From a virus (taxonomy: Duplodnaviria; Caudoviricetes), in IMG/VR virus record IMGVR_UViG_3300037755_000118, positions 1-24,212 of that record: DNA of 24,212 nucleotides. One strand, written 5' to 3'. This document shows, in pieces, positions 17,163-24,212 of the stretch (positions within the stretch are counted from its first letter, which is position 1; each line of letters opens with the position of its first letter). The notes beneath the pieces were generated by a model. That model was not told the DNA's origin and did not search any database. It worked only from the letters and a program-made list of their open reading frames with translations. The position numbers and the translations under genes were made by a program.

Positions 17163-18296
17163 ATGGCAGGAATTTTAGGACCGCGTGCAGCGGTTGATGC
17201 AGCAACCCTCCCGACTGGCGTCGATGGGGCGAGGATACTGGCGTTCCAATTACGGAACGGTAAGACAACGGGGCAGATCATCGGTGAGGTGGCGTCCGGG
17301 ATCGGGCTGGTAAACCAGCAGATCGCCAACAAGTTTGGGCGGTTTGTGTACTTTACCGATGCCCCTTATGCGTATTATGCGGGGGGTACGGGCGGCGGAC
17401 GGCGCATGACGCCGATCAAGGTCGAGTTCAAGCAGGCGGACGGTGTTCGCAGCGTGGACGGCGGGCATATGCTGCCGCTGAAGGACTTTGAGGATGCGCT
17501 GGCGTGGACGCCTTTGTACCTGCGCGATGCTCGTGACGCCCAGATCAGCAGCGATGTGAATCTGATCGTCGAGAGCTGGCGCAACCGGGTGCATGACGAC
17601 TTCTATCGCCGTATTCTCACTGACAATGAGAATGCACAGGGCGGCGGGTACGATGTACCCTGGGCAATCGGGACGGGCGTGAACGTGCCTTTTATCCCGC
17701 AGCAGTACGGGACATATGAGTTCGACAGCACGCATACGCACTTCCTGGCGTCGGCAACGACGACGAGTGCGGAACATGATGTCCTGATGGAGCAGGCGGT
17801 TGAACATCTGATCCATCACGGGTTCACGGGCCCGTTTACTCTGCTAGTCAGCCGGGCAGATGTGGCGCTGTATGACATCGCCAAGAAATTCGTGCGGCTT
17901 CTGCCGACGGGCGTCACTGCCGTTGGCGGGAACACTGACTCGCCGGTGTTGGTCAGCCCGCAGGATTTGAGCGGCGCTCCTGGTGAAGTGTTCGGGTTAT
18001 GGATCAGCAAGTTCGGTTCGGTTGTCATCCTACGGAACGATCCGTTCATCCCGACTGGCTATGCCTGGATGGGTGTGAGCTTCGGGGAGAATAACCCAAT
18101 GAACCCGGTGGCGATCCGTGTGCATCCAAGCGAAATGTTTGGGCTGCGGCTCGATCCACAGGGGACGAAGAGTCTCATCAACCCGGAACTGGAGAAGGTG
18201 CTGGTGAAGGGTACGCACGGTGTGGGCGTCAATAACCGTCTGGGCGGTGTGGCGATCCACTGGGGCACTTCAAGCTGGACTGATCCGACGTTGTAA
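17163..18296 (+). CDS. major capsid protein
   Basis: 377 aa with a strong GAGGAGG RBS, in the canonical position after protease/scaffold and decoration. C-terminal HGVGVNNRLGGV. Confidence 0.75.
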   Translation: MAGILGPRAAVDAATLPTGVDGARILAFQLRNGKTTGQIIGEVASGIGLVNQQIANKFGRFVYFTDAPYAYYAGGTGGGRRMTPIKVEFKQADGVRSVDGGHMLPLKDFEDALAWTPLYLRDARDAQISSDVNLIVESWRNRVHDDFYRRILTDNENAQGGGYDVPWAIGTGVNVPFIPQQYGTYEFDSTHTHFLASATTTSAEHDVLMEQAVEHLIHHGFTGPFTLLVSRADVALYDIAKKFVRLLPTGVTAVGGNTDSPVLVSPQDLSGAPGEVFGLWISKFGSVVILRNDPFIPTGYAWMGVSFGENNPMNPVAIRVHPSEMFGLRLDPQGTKSLINPELEKVLVKGTHGVGVNNRLGGVAIHWGTSSWTDPTL

Positions 18297-18301
18297 TCAG
18301 G

Positions 18302-18322
18302 CTGACAGAATGACCCTTATCA
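18302..18322 (+). repeat. dif-like junction site 10
   Basis: CTGACAGAA-TGACCC-TTATCA, 5 bp after the capsid stop. Contains the ATG (18310) of the next gene. Confidence 0.8.
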
Positions 18323-19332
18323 ACAATGGGGCGCACAGCCGTGCGCCCCTACCGGCTATCAACTTCTATAACGCGAACGGCTGCAACCCGTACACCGGGT
18401 ATGGCAAGCTGGAGCTGTCGCTGGCGCGGGCGCTGACGAATGCGGGTGTGCGGCTGAACGTGTACCCCGACCCGGATGCGCCGACTTTGGTCATTGGTCG
18501 GGCGGAGCGTCTGCTGGCGGATCATATCGCCCATACACGGCGGTATATCCTGACGCAGAGCGAATCGACGCGGGTGAGCCAGCGATGGGTTGATCTCATC
18601 AACTGGCACGCGGAGCTGGTGTTCGTGACGAACCCTGACCTGGTGGCAATCTACCAGGAGAGCGGGGTGAAGCGCCCGGTGGTGTGTGCGCGGCATGGGA
18701 TTGACCTGCGTGTACCCGTCCAGGCGAGCGGCTGGGATGGAGAGAGCCGGTTTGAGTGGCTGACGTATACATATGGCGACAAGCGCAAGGGCGGCGAGCT
18801 GGCGATGATGGCATTCAAAAACCTGTTCCAGCATGACGAGCGGCATCACCTGACGGTGAAGGTGCGGGACGTGGATGGCTGGATACCGGCGGTTATCAAG
18901 GGCGATGATCCACAACTGACGTTTGTGACCGGACAGCAGAGCGAGCGTGAGTGGATGGAACTGATCGCACGTTCACACTGTTTTCTGTTCCCCAGCCGGG
19001 CGGAGGGTTTTGGTATGCCGCCACGTGAGGCGACGCTGGCGGGTGTGCCGACGATTGCGACTCAGTGGCTGGGAATGGCGGATGTGGACTGCTGGGGTCT
19101 GCCGATCAAGGTGCGGGAAATGCAGCGGTCAACCTACGGTGAGTGGGACGCGAATGCTGAGGGCAGCCTGTGGGCTGAACCGGACATGACGCATCTGAAG
19201 AAACAAATGCGCTGGGTACATGAGCACTACGCTGAGGCGCGGGAAAAGGCGCGGCGCGGTGGGTGGTATCTGCGGGAGCATAACAACTGGACGGGTATGG
19301 CGGATATTATCATGCTGGAGATGGCGCGATGA
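18310..19332 (+). CDS. glycosyltransferase, GT-B fold (GT4-like)
   Basis: TGYG, HGID, RKG and FLFPSRAEGFGMPPREATLAGVPTIAT motifs. ATG 18310 is the only in-frame ATG before the conserved N-terminal motif. Confidence 0.9.
   Translation: MTLINNGAHSRAPLPAINFYNANGCNPYTGYGKLELSLARALTNAGVRLNVYPDPDAPTLVIGRAERLLADHIAHTRRYILTQSESTRVSQRWVDLINWHAELVFVTNPDLVAIYQESGVKRPVVCARHGIDLRVPVQASGWDGESRFEWLTYTYGDKRKGGELAMMAFKNLFQHDERHHLTVKVRDVDGWIPAVIKGDDPQLTFVTGQQSEREWMELIARSHCFLFPSRAEGFGMPPREATLAGVPTIATQWLGMADVDCWGLPIKVREMQRSTYGEWDANAEGSLWAEPDMTHLKKQMRWVHEHYAEAREKARRGGWYLREHNNWTGMADIIMLEMAR
18328..18352 (-). repeat. GTAG-family REP-like palindrome in the GT 5' end
   Basis: Minus strand GTAGGGGCGCAC-GGCT-GTGCGCCCC (9-bp stem). 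Confidence 0.75.
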
Positions 19333-19724
19333 GCGATACACCGACGGATGTACAGATCAGCGATCTGCGGGCGGACATTGGCGACCAGGACGCGACGGCG
19401 TTTACGGACGATGAGATTACACGCATCTGGTATCGGATGCGCGGTGCGTCGTCTGAGGTGCAGCAGCATGAAGCGACGCTGGCGATGATGGCGCGGCAGC
19501 TTATGACGCAGGCGGCGAAGCTGGTCAACTATAGGGCAGGTGCGATCTCTGAAAACAGGGGCGATGTGATTAAGAACCTGGAGCGGATTTACAACCTGTT
19601 TAAACCCAGCCTGGAAGCGGTGCAGGGTACGTCGCGGCAGTTTGCACAGACGACGATACGCGGGAAACCACGCCAGGGGCGGACGTTCCCGGATGGGAGG
19701 TCGGATCATGCCGAGCCTGGATAA
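19329..19724 (+). CDS. head-tail adaptor (head completion) protein
   Basis: LRADIGD.....FTDDEI N-terminal pattern. First neck-gene position. Confidence 0.7.
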   Translation: MSDTPTDVQISDLRADIGDQDATAFTDDEITRIWYRMRGASSEVQQHEATLAMMARQLMTQAAKLVNYRAGAISENRGDVIKNLERIYNLFKPSLEAVQGTSRQFAQTTIRGKPRQGRTFPDGRSDHAEPG

Positions 19725-20049
19725 CTGGCTGCGTGGTACACAGGACGGGCTGACGATTGGGGCGGAAACGATCCAGAAGCGCGACCTGGTGGAGATCACG
19801 ATTGCGCGGGGTACGAGTGACCTTGATCCGCAGTGCGTGCGCGTGGTTCCGTCTCGCGGCGGGAGTGAGAGCGGCGAGACACAGGGTAATAATGTGCCGA
19901 GCGCGTCGGGCGTGGTGGTGATTGGGGATGACGATCTGAACATCCGCAAGGGTGATCTGTTTGTGTTCCGGTCAACGCGCTATAAGGTGATTTATGTCAT
20001 GTCGGCGGTGGCGGGTCATGTGCAGGCATACGCGGAAGGCACGCAGTAA
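19708..20049 (+). CDS. head closure (stopper) protein
   Basis: GGGAGG RBS before ATG 19708. DLNIRKGDLF.F....YKV pattern. Gene order. Confidence 0.65.
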   Translation: MPSLDNWLRGTQDGLTIGAETIQKRDLVEITIARGTSDLDPQCVRVVPSRGGSESGETQGNNVPSASGVVVIGDDDLNIRKGDLFVFRSTRYKVIYVMSAVAGHVQAYAEGTQ

Positions 20050-20453
20050 TGGCGCGGATTGAATGGACGGGCGACGCGCAGGTGAAGGCGCAGATGGCGG
20101 CTTACGGGCGGAAGGTTCGTGAGGCGGAACTGCGGCTGCTGAAGTATTTCTCGGCAGTAATCCAGACGGAAGCGCGGCGGGATGCGTCCTGGACGGATCA
20201 AACGTCGAACGCACGGCAGGCGCTGCGGGCGTACACGAGCGATGATCCACCGGGAAAGTTTGGGGCAGGGACGCATGAGTATCCTAACCCGGCTGACCTG
20301 GCGCGGGACGCGGTGGCTTTATACCTGGCGCACGGGATGGACTATGGGTTGTTCCTGGAGACGAAGTACGCGGGCAGGTACGCCGTCATCATGCAGACGC
20401 TGCGGAAATATTACCCGGAGATCACGCGGCAGTTGAAGGCGATGTTCGGATGA
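20049..20453 (+). CDS. neck/tail completion protein (HK97 gp10-like)
   Basis: ASWTDQTSNARQAL...LAHGMDYGLFLE...GRYAVI pattern. Gene order. Confidence 0.75.
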   Translation: MARIEWTGDAQVKAQMAAYGRKVREAELRLLKYFSAVIQTEARRDASWTDQTSNARQALRAYTSDDPPGKFGAGTHEYPNPADLARDAVALYLAHGMDYGLFLETKYAGRYAVIMQTLRKYYPEITRQLKAMFG

Positions 20454-20890
20454 CGATACGGGGTGATGTGCTGGCGACACTGGACGATGATGCGACGCTG
20501 ATGGCGATCCTGACGGGCGGCATGTATGACGCGGGTCTGCTGCCTGCGGACGGGCTGACGCCAACGTCTGCCCCGGCTGCGTTTAATGGGGCGCGGGTGA
20601 AACCGTGCGGGCTGATCCGCTGGCGGAATGTGGGGGAGACTGCGATTGTCGGTTCGTCGCGGCGGCGGTTCTTCCAAATCTTCTTCTACCAGGTGGCAGG
20701 GCAGACGCAGATTGAGGCGGCTCAATCGCGCTGCCGGGTGCTGCTGCACCACAAGAAACAGTTCAAAACCAGCGGCGGGCAGGTCTACTATACGCGCTGG
20801 GTGGGTGACGTAAACGATCTCATCGCTGAGGAGCTGGACGGGGCGGCGATGGGTTACAGCGACTTTTATGCCGACTTTTTAGAGGAGTAA
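20450..20890 (+). CDS. probable tail terminator protein
   Basis: 146 aa immediately before the tail tube gene. L..DATL.A.L.G..Y N-terminus. Confidence 0.6.
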   Translation: MTIRGDVLATLDDDATLMAILTGGMYDAGLLPADGLTPTSAPAAFNGARVKPCGLIRWRNVGETAIVGSSRRRFFQIFFYQVAGQTQIEAAQSRCRVLLHHKKQFKTSGGQVYYTRWVGDVNDLIAEELDGAAMGYSDFYADFLEE

Positions 20891-20896
20891 AACATC

Positions 20897-21469
20897 ATGC
20901 CGTTAGATTTGAATCCTTATTCACTGTGGGAAATCCTGATCGCCAGCACGGACGCGGAGGCGACTGCCTACGGTACGCCGGTGACACTGTTCAAAGACCA
21001 GATGTTCACGGTGACGCCCGTCCACGATACGGATCAACAACGGGATTCCGGACAGGTGACAAGCAGCCTGAGCATTGCGACTCATGCTGATCTGACGATC
21101 CAGGCGGGCGGTATCCCGATGGAAGCGGGGATTACCATGTTAGGCGCAGCGTCTTCGACGAGCGATGACATCATCACGATCCGGCGGTACACGGCGACGA
21201 ATCGCCCGTACTTCGGGGCGCTGGGTGTCGCGCCGACGGAAGATGATCGTATCCTGGTGGTGGGGTTGTACAAGGCGCAAATCCAGGGGGACCCGGAGAT
21301 TAACTTCGACGGGACGACGAATGCGTGGATCACCAGCGAAATGAGCGCGATTGCACTGGCGAAGGCGAGTGTGATGGCGTTCGACAAATGGAAGGTGTAT
21401 CCCGATCTGGAGACATGGGAGACGGATAAGCCGACGGATGGCACGGATTTCCTGGCGTGGTTCGCTTAA
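20897..21469 (+). CDS. major tail (tube) protein
   Basis: GAGGAG RBS, 190 aa, acidic and Thr-rich, positioned before the chaperone and tape measure genes. Confidence 0.7.
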   Translation: MPLDLNPYSLWEILIASTDAEATAYGTPVTLFKDQMFTVTPVHDTDQQRDSGQVTSSLSIATHADLTIQAGGIPMEAGITMLGAASSTSDDIITIRRYTATNRPYFGALGVAPTEDDRILVVGLYKAQIQGDPEINFDGTTNAWITSEMSAIALAKASVMAFDKWKVYPDLETWETDKPTDGTDFLAWFA

Positions 21470-21477
21470 GAGTAAAT

Positions 21478-21515
21478 CCCCACCCCTGACCCCTCCCCCA
21501 TAAAGAGGGAGGGGG
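21478..21515 (+). repeat. C-rich/G-rich REP-like hairpin repeat, copy 3
   Basis: CCCCACCCCTGACCCCTCCCCCATAAAGAGGGAGGGGG. Confidence 0.85.
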
Positions 21516-21562
21516 AATGAAGTAAGTGTTAATTTGTTGAGCTGTATCGTCGAGAGGGATTT

Positions 21563-22066
21563 ATGGAAACACAAGCATTGAATGGACTGCAAATTACATC
21601 TGCGGAGGACTTCGCGCCGGAGGAGTATAAGCTCCAGCTTCCGTCGGGACGGGTGTTGATGGTGCGGGAGGTCGATCTGATTGCGCTGTTGTCGAACGGT
21701 GAAGGCGATATACCGGATTTCCTGAGCGGATATATTGAAGCAAAACTGCTAGGGAAATCTGTCAAAGAACCGGAAATCAATAAGGAAAACCTGCCGGAGT
21801 TCTTTAATTTCGTTCACTACATCATCCCCGCTGGTGTCGTAAGCCATAAGGTTGTGAAGGCAAACGCCAATCGCCAGGCGGGTGAGATCAATATAAATGA
21901 CTTGAATCCGAACGATAAGATTGTGTTGTTCAATACGGTGATGCCCCTGGAGGCGCTCACCGCTTTGTCCTTTCGCCAGAGGGTCGAAGCTGCAAATATG
22001 GAAACTGTACGAGGTGGCACTGGTGACGGGAACGCTCCCAAGCGAAATCGTCGGGCTAAAAAATAG
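21563..22066 (+). CDS. tail assembly chaperone (gpG-like)
   Basis: GAGGG RBS. Lies between tail tube and tape measure genes and overlaps a second frame. Confidence 0.75.
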   Translation: METQALNGLQITSAEDFAPEEYKLQLPSGRVLMVREVDLIALLSNGEGDIPDFLSGYIEAKLLGKSVKEPEINKENLPEFFNFVHYIIPAGVVSHKVVKANANRQAGEININDLNPNDKIVLFNTVMPLEALTALSFRQRVEAANMETVRGGTGDGNAPKRNRRAKK

Positions 22067-22295
22067 CTGGGTGAGATACTGCTTTAACCGGGCGATTGTG
22101 ACGTTTGGCAGGATGACAGAAGATAAGTTATCGCAGCGTGACAAGAGTGGACGCCCGAAGTACAAGCTGGCGCAACTGCTGGCTGAACCGCCGAAGCCTG
22201 GGGAGAAGCGGGCGGGTCCGCGCAAGATTGGCATCGGGGAGATGCTGGCGCGAGGGCTGGCGGTGGAGGTGAAGAAGGTCAACCCCACCCCCTAA
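21975..22295 (+). CDS. tail assembly chaperone frameshift extension (gpT-like)
   Basis: The +1 frame is open from 21942 to TAA 22295 and reads ...WKLYEVALVTGTLPSEIVGL...YCFNRAIVTFG. Candidate shift site TCC TTT CGC at 21968-21976. Confidence 0.65.
   Translation, partial: ARGSKLQIWKLYEVALVTGTLPSEIVGLKNSWVRYCFNRAIVTFGRMTEDKLSQRDKSGRPKYKLAQLLAEPPKPGEKRAGPRKIGIGEMLARGLAVEVKKVNPTP
22113..22133 (+). repeat. dif-like site 11 (intragenic)
   Basis: ATGACAGAA-GATAAG-TTATCG inside the chaperone extension. Confidence 0.55.
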
Positions 22296-22322
22296 CCCCC
22301 TCCCCGTAGACAGGGAGGGGGG
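22283..22322 (+). repeat. C-rich/G-rich REP-like hairpin repeat, copy 4
   Basis: CCCCACCCCCTAACCCCCTCCCCGTAGACAGGGAGGGGGG. Supplies the TAA stop at 22293-22295. Confidence 0.85.
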
Positions 22323-22355
22323 ATAGAGCAGCAGGTAGGGGAAGTAAGCGGGATT

Positions 22356-22403
22356 GCCGATAAAGACGCTGAGGGCTGTCACGATTTAGGGTGACAGCTC
22401 TTT
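22356..22403 (+). promoter_or_regulatory. overlapping promoter-like motif and terminator hairpin before tape measure
   Basis: GCCGAT-N18-CACGAT. Stem GAGGGCTGTCAC (22371-22382)/GTGACAGCTCTT (22391-22402). Confidence 0.65.
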
Positions 22404-22419
22404 GATTCTGGTGGTGGGT

Positions 22420-24212
22420 ATGACAAGCGGTTTCAACCTGGGCAACGCCTACGGGCGGATCATCATCAGTGACAACGTAGACGAGGCGATGCGGAACGCG
22501 CAGCGCACGTTTGACGGCGGTTTGCGGGGTATTGGCACGTCGATGCAGCGGTTTGGGGATTCGCTGACGGGGGTGGGTGCGCGGATCACGGCTTTAACTG
22601 CGCCGATCACGGCGTTTGGGGTGAGTGGTGTAAATGCTGCGAGCCGCTTCCAGGATGCGCTGATCGAGATTCAAGTACGTGCCGGACTGACGGAAGCAGA
22701 GCTTGAGAAAGTCCGCACTAAGGCACTGGAAATTGGACGTGACAGCCAGTTCAGTGCAGGACAAGGCGCAGAGGCATTCCTGCAACTGCTAACTACCGGG
22801 CAGAGTGTTGAGGAAGCATTCCAGACAATTGACTCTGTAATCTCCGGTGCGGCAGTCTCCGGGGAGGATCTCGGTTTTACGGCAGATGCACTTACCGACA
22901 TCATGGCGCAATTTGGATTAGAGGCTGGTCAAGCGGCTAGCGTCGTACAAACACTAGCGGATGCTTCCGGCGCATCGTCGGCGACATTTCGTGATTTAGT
23001 GGATGCTTTTCAGGACTCTGGGAATGTCGCTTTCCAAGCAGGCATGAGTGTCGAAGAACTCGCTGCAACGATTGCGACGTTGAGCGAAAAAGGCATCAAG
23101 GGCAGCCGGGCAGGAACTTCGGTACGTTCTATGCTCAACGCATTGAGCCGTGATAACGAAGATGTTGTTGAAACATTGAATATGTTGGGTGTCAGCCTGT
23201 TCGATGCAAATGATGCTGCTCGTCCTCTGGCTGATGTTATGAATGACATCCAAGATGCTACAAAGGACATGACTGACAGGCAGCGGGTGGCAGTCTTCAA
23301 CAACCTCGCCGACACCTATGCCCGTTCCGGGTTGGGCGCACTGACAGCCGGACGCGGCATTGATGAGATGATTGATCAGATGCGAACGGGTGAAGATGTC
23401 GCCAAGATCGCGGCGGCACGAATGAATGCCTACAGCGGGTCGGTCAAATTCCTTCGCGGGTCGATTGAAACACTGCAAATCAATGCTCTCGTACCCTTCA
23501 CTGAAGAGACGTTAAAAAACATGAACATGCGGATTGCCGAGGTGGTAAACCGCATCAATGAATGGGTGGTCGCAAACCCGGAACTGGCACAACAAATCGT
23601 GAAGGTGCTGGCTGCCCTTACCGCACTGGGACCGGTGTTGATCGGGCTGGGGATCACCATCAGCACAATTGGGATTGCGATTGCAGGGCTGGCGTCTCCG
23701 CTTGGGCTGGTGGTTGTGGCGGTGGGGGCACTGGGCGCGGCGTGGATAAGTAACTTTATGGGGATCCGGGACGTGATGCGTCCGCTTGTCGATATCGTGT
23801 CGAGGGCGTTGGGCGCTGTCGCATATGTAATTAAGTTCTTCATTGCGGATTTACAGCAGTTCGGATTGCAAGAGGCTTTTCTGAGCATCTTTGGCAAGGG
23901 GAGCAACCTTGATACGGTCCAAAGCTCATTGGAGGGCGCACTCACGAGATTCATTGGTCTTGATCGTGACGTCGCTCAAAACATTGTGGAGCGAGTATGG
24001 GGTGTCGTTTCGCAGATTTCCGGCGGCGTGCAAGTAGCGTTTCAGTTTGTGCAAACTGTCATCCGTGACGCCTTTGATGGCATCACCCTGATGATGACGG
24101 GTGATTTCAAGGGCGGGATGTTCGGTACACAATTTGACGATTTACCGATTGTCGATTTCTTCCTCAGCATCCGTGAGGCGGTGCTTGGGTTCGTGGAGCG
24201 GGTGACGCCGCT
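22420..24212 (+). CDS. tail tape measure protein (TP901-like), 3'-truncated
   Basis: Absent from the ORF track, apparently because it has no stop in the window. Reads MTSGFNLGNAYGRIII..., LELGRDSQFSA, GIKGSRAGTSVR, LGVSLFDA, LGPVLIGLG and AWISNFMGIRD, all typical tape-measure motifs. Confidence 0.92.
   Translation, partial: MTSGFNLGNAYGRIIISDNVDEAMRNAQRTFDGGLRGIGTSMQRFGDSLTGVGARITALTAPITAFGVSGVNAASRFQDALIEIQVRAGLTEAELEKVRTKALEIGRDSQFSAGQGAEAFLQLLTTGQSVEEAFQTIDSVISGAAVSGEDLGFTADALTDIMAQFGLEAGQAASVVQTLADASGASSATFRDLVDAFQDSGNVAFQAGMSVEELAATIATLSEKGIKGSRAGTSVRSMLNALSRDNEDVVETLNMLGVSLFDANDAARPLADVMNDIQDATKDMTDRQRVAVFNNLADTYARSGLGALTAGRGIDEMIDQMRTGEDVAKIAAARMNAYSGSVKFLRGSIETLQINALVPFTEETLKNMNMRIAEVVNRINEWVVANPELAQQIVKVLAALTALGPVLIGLGITISTIGIAIAGLASPLGLVVVAVGALGAAWISNFMGIRDVMRPLVDIVSRALGAVAYVIKFFIADLQQFGLQEAFLSIFGKGSNLDTVQSSLEGALTRFIGLDRDVAQNIVERVWGVVSQISGGVQVAFQFVQTVIRDAFDGITLMMTGDFKGGMFGTQFDDLPIVDFFLSIREAVLGFVERVTP

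Noticed and set aside
1370-22133. Junction sites interpreted as CRISPR repeats or integron attC sites
   Set aside because: They are not regularly spaced, and there are no RYYYAAC/GTTRRRY ends, long imperfect hairpins, or cas/intI genes.
23744-23764. Twelfth match to CAKAA-N6-TTATC (minus strand)
   Set aside because: The outer arm is poor, and it lies within the conserved tape-measure WxxNFxGIRD coding motif, so it may be chance.

Overview
A 24-kb segment of a tailed (siphovirus-like) phage or prophage, almost entirely on the + strand. It runs from the end of a replication/accessory block (CHC2-zinc-finger + TOPRIM primase, small ORFs, a nucleotidyltransferase-like gene) through packaging (probable TerS, TerL, portal), head genes (SPP1 gp7-like protein, protease/scaffold, decoration, major capsid), neck and tail genes, and into the tape measure gene, which is truncated at the window end. 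The host cannot be read from the sequence. Layered on this backbone: (1) eleven good copies of a dif-like site, CAKAA-N6-TTATC, with a different spacer each time, ten of them at gene junctions and some exactly bracketing displaced or accessory modules; (2) two glycosyltransferases, a DegT-type aminotransferase and a PglD/PerB-type acetyltransferase embedded among head genes, suggesting virion glycosylation with an N-acetylated amino sugar; (3) a highly structured ~340-nt non-coding unit with its own promoter and terminator between terL and portal; (4) a family of six GCCGWT-N17-19-(-10) promoter-like motifs; (5) a predicted +1 frameshift (TCC TTT CGC) in the tail chaperone; (6) two REP-like repeat families. 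All product calls come from motif recognition and gene order, not from database searches.
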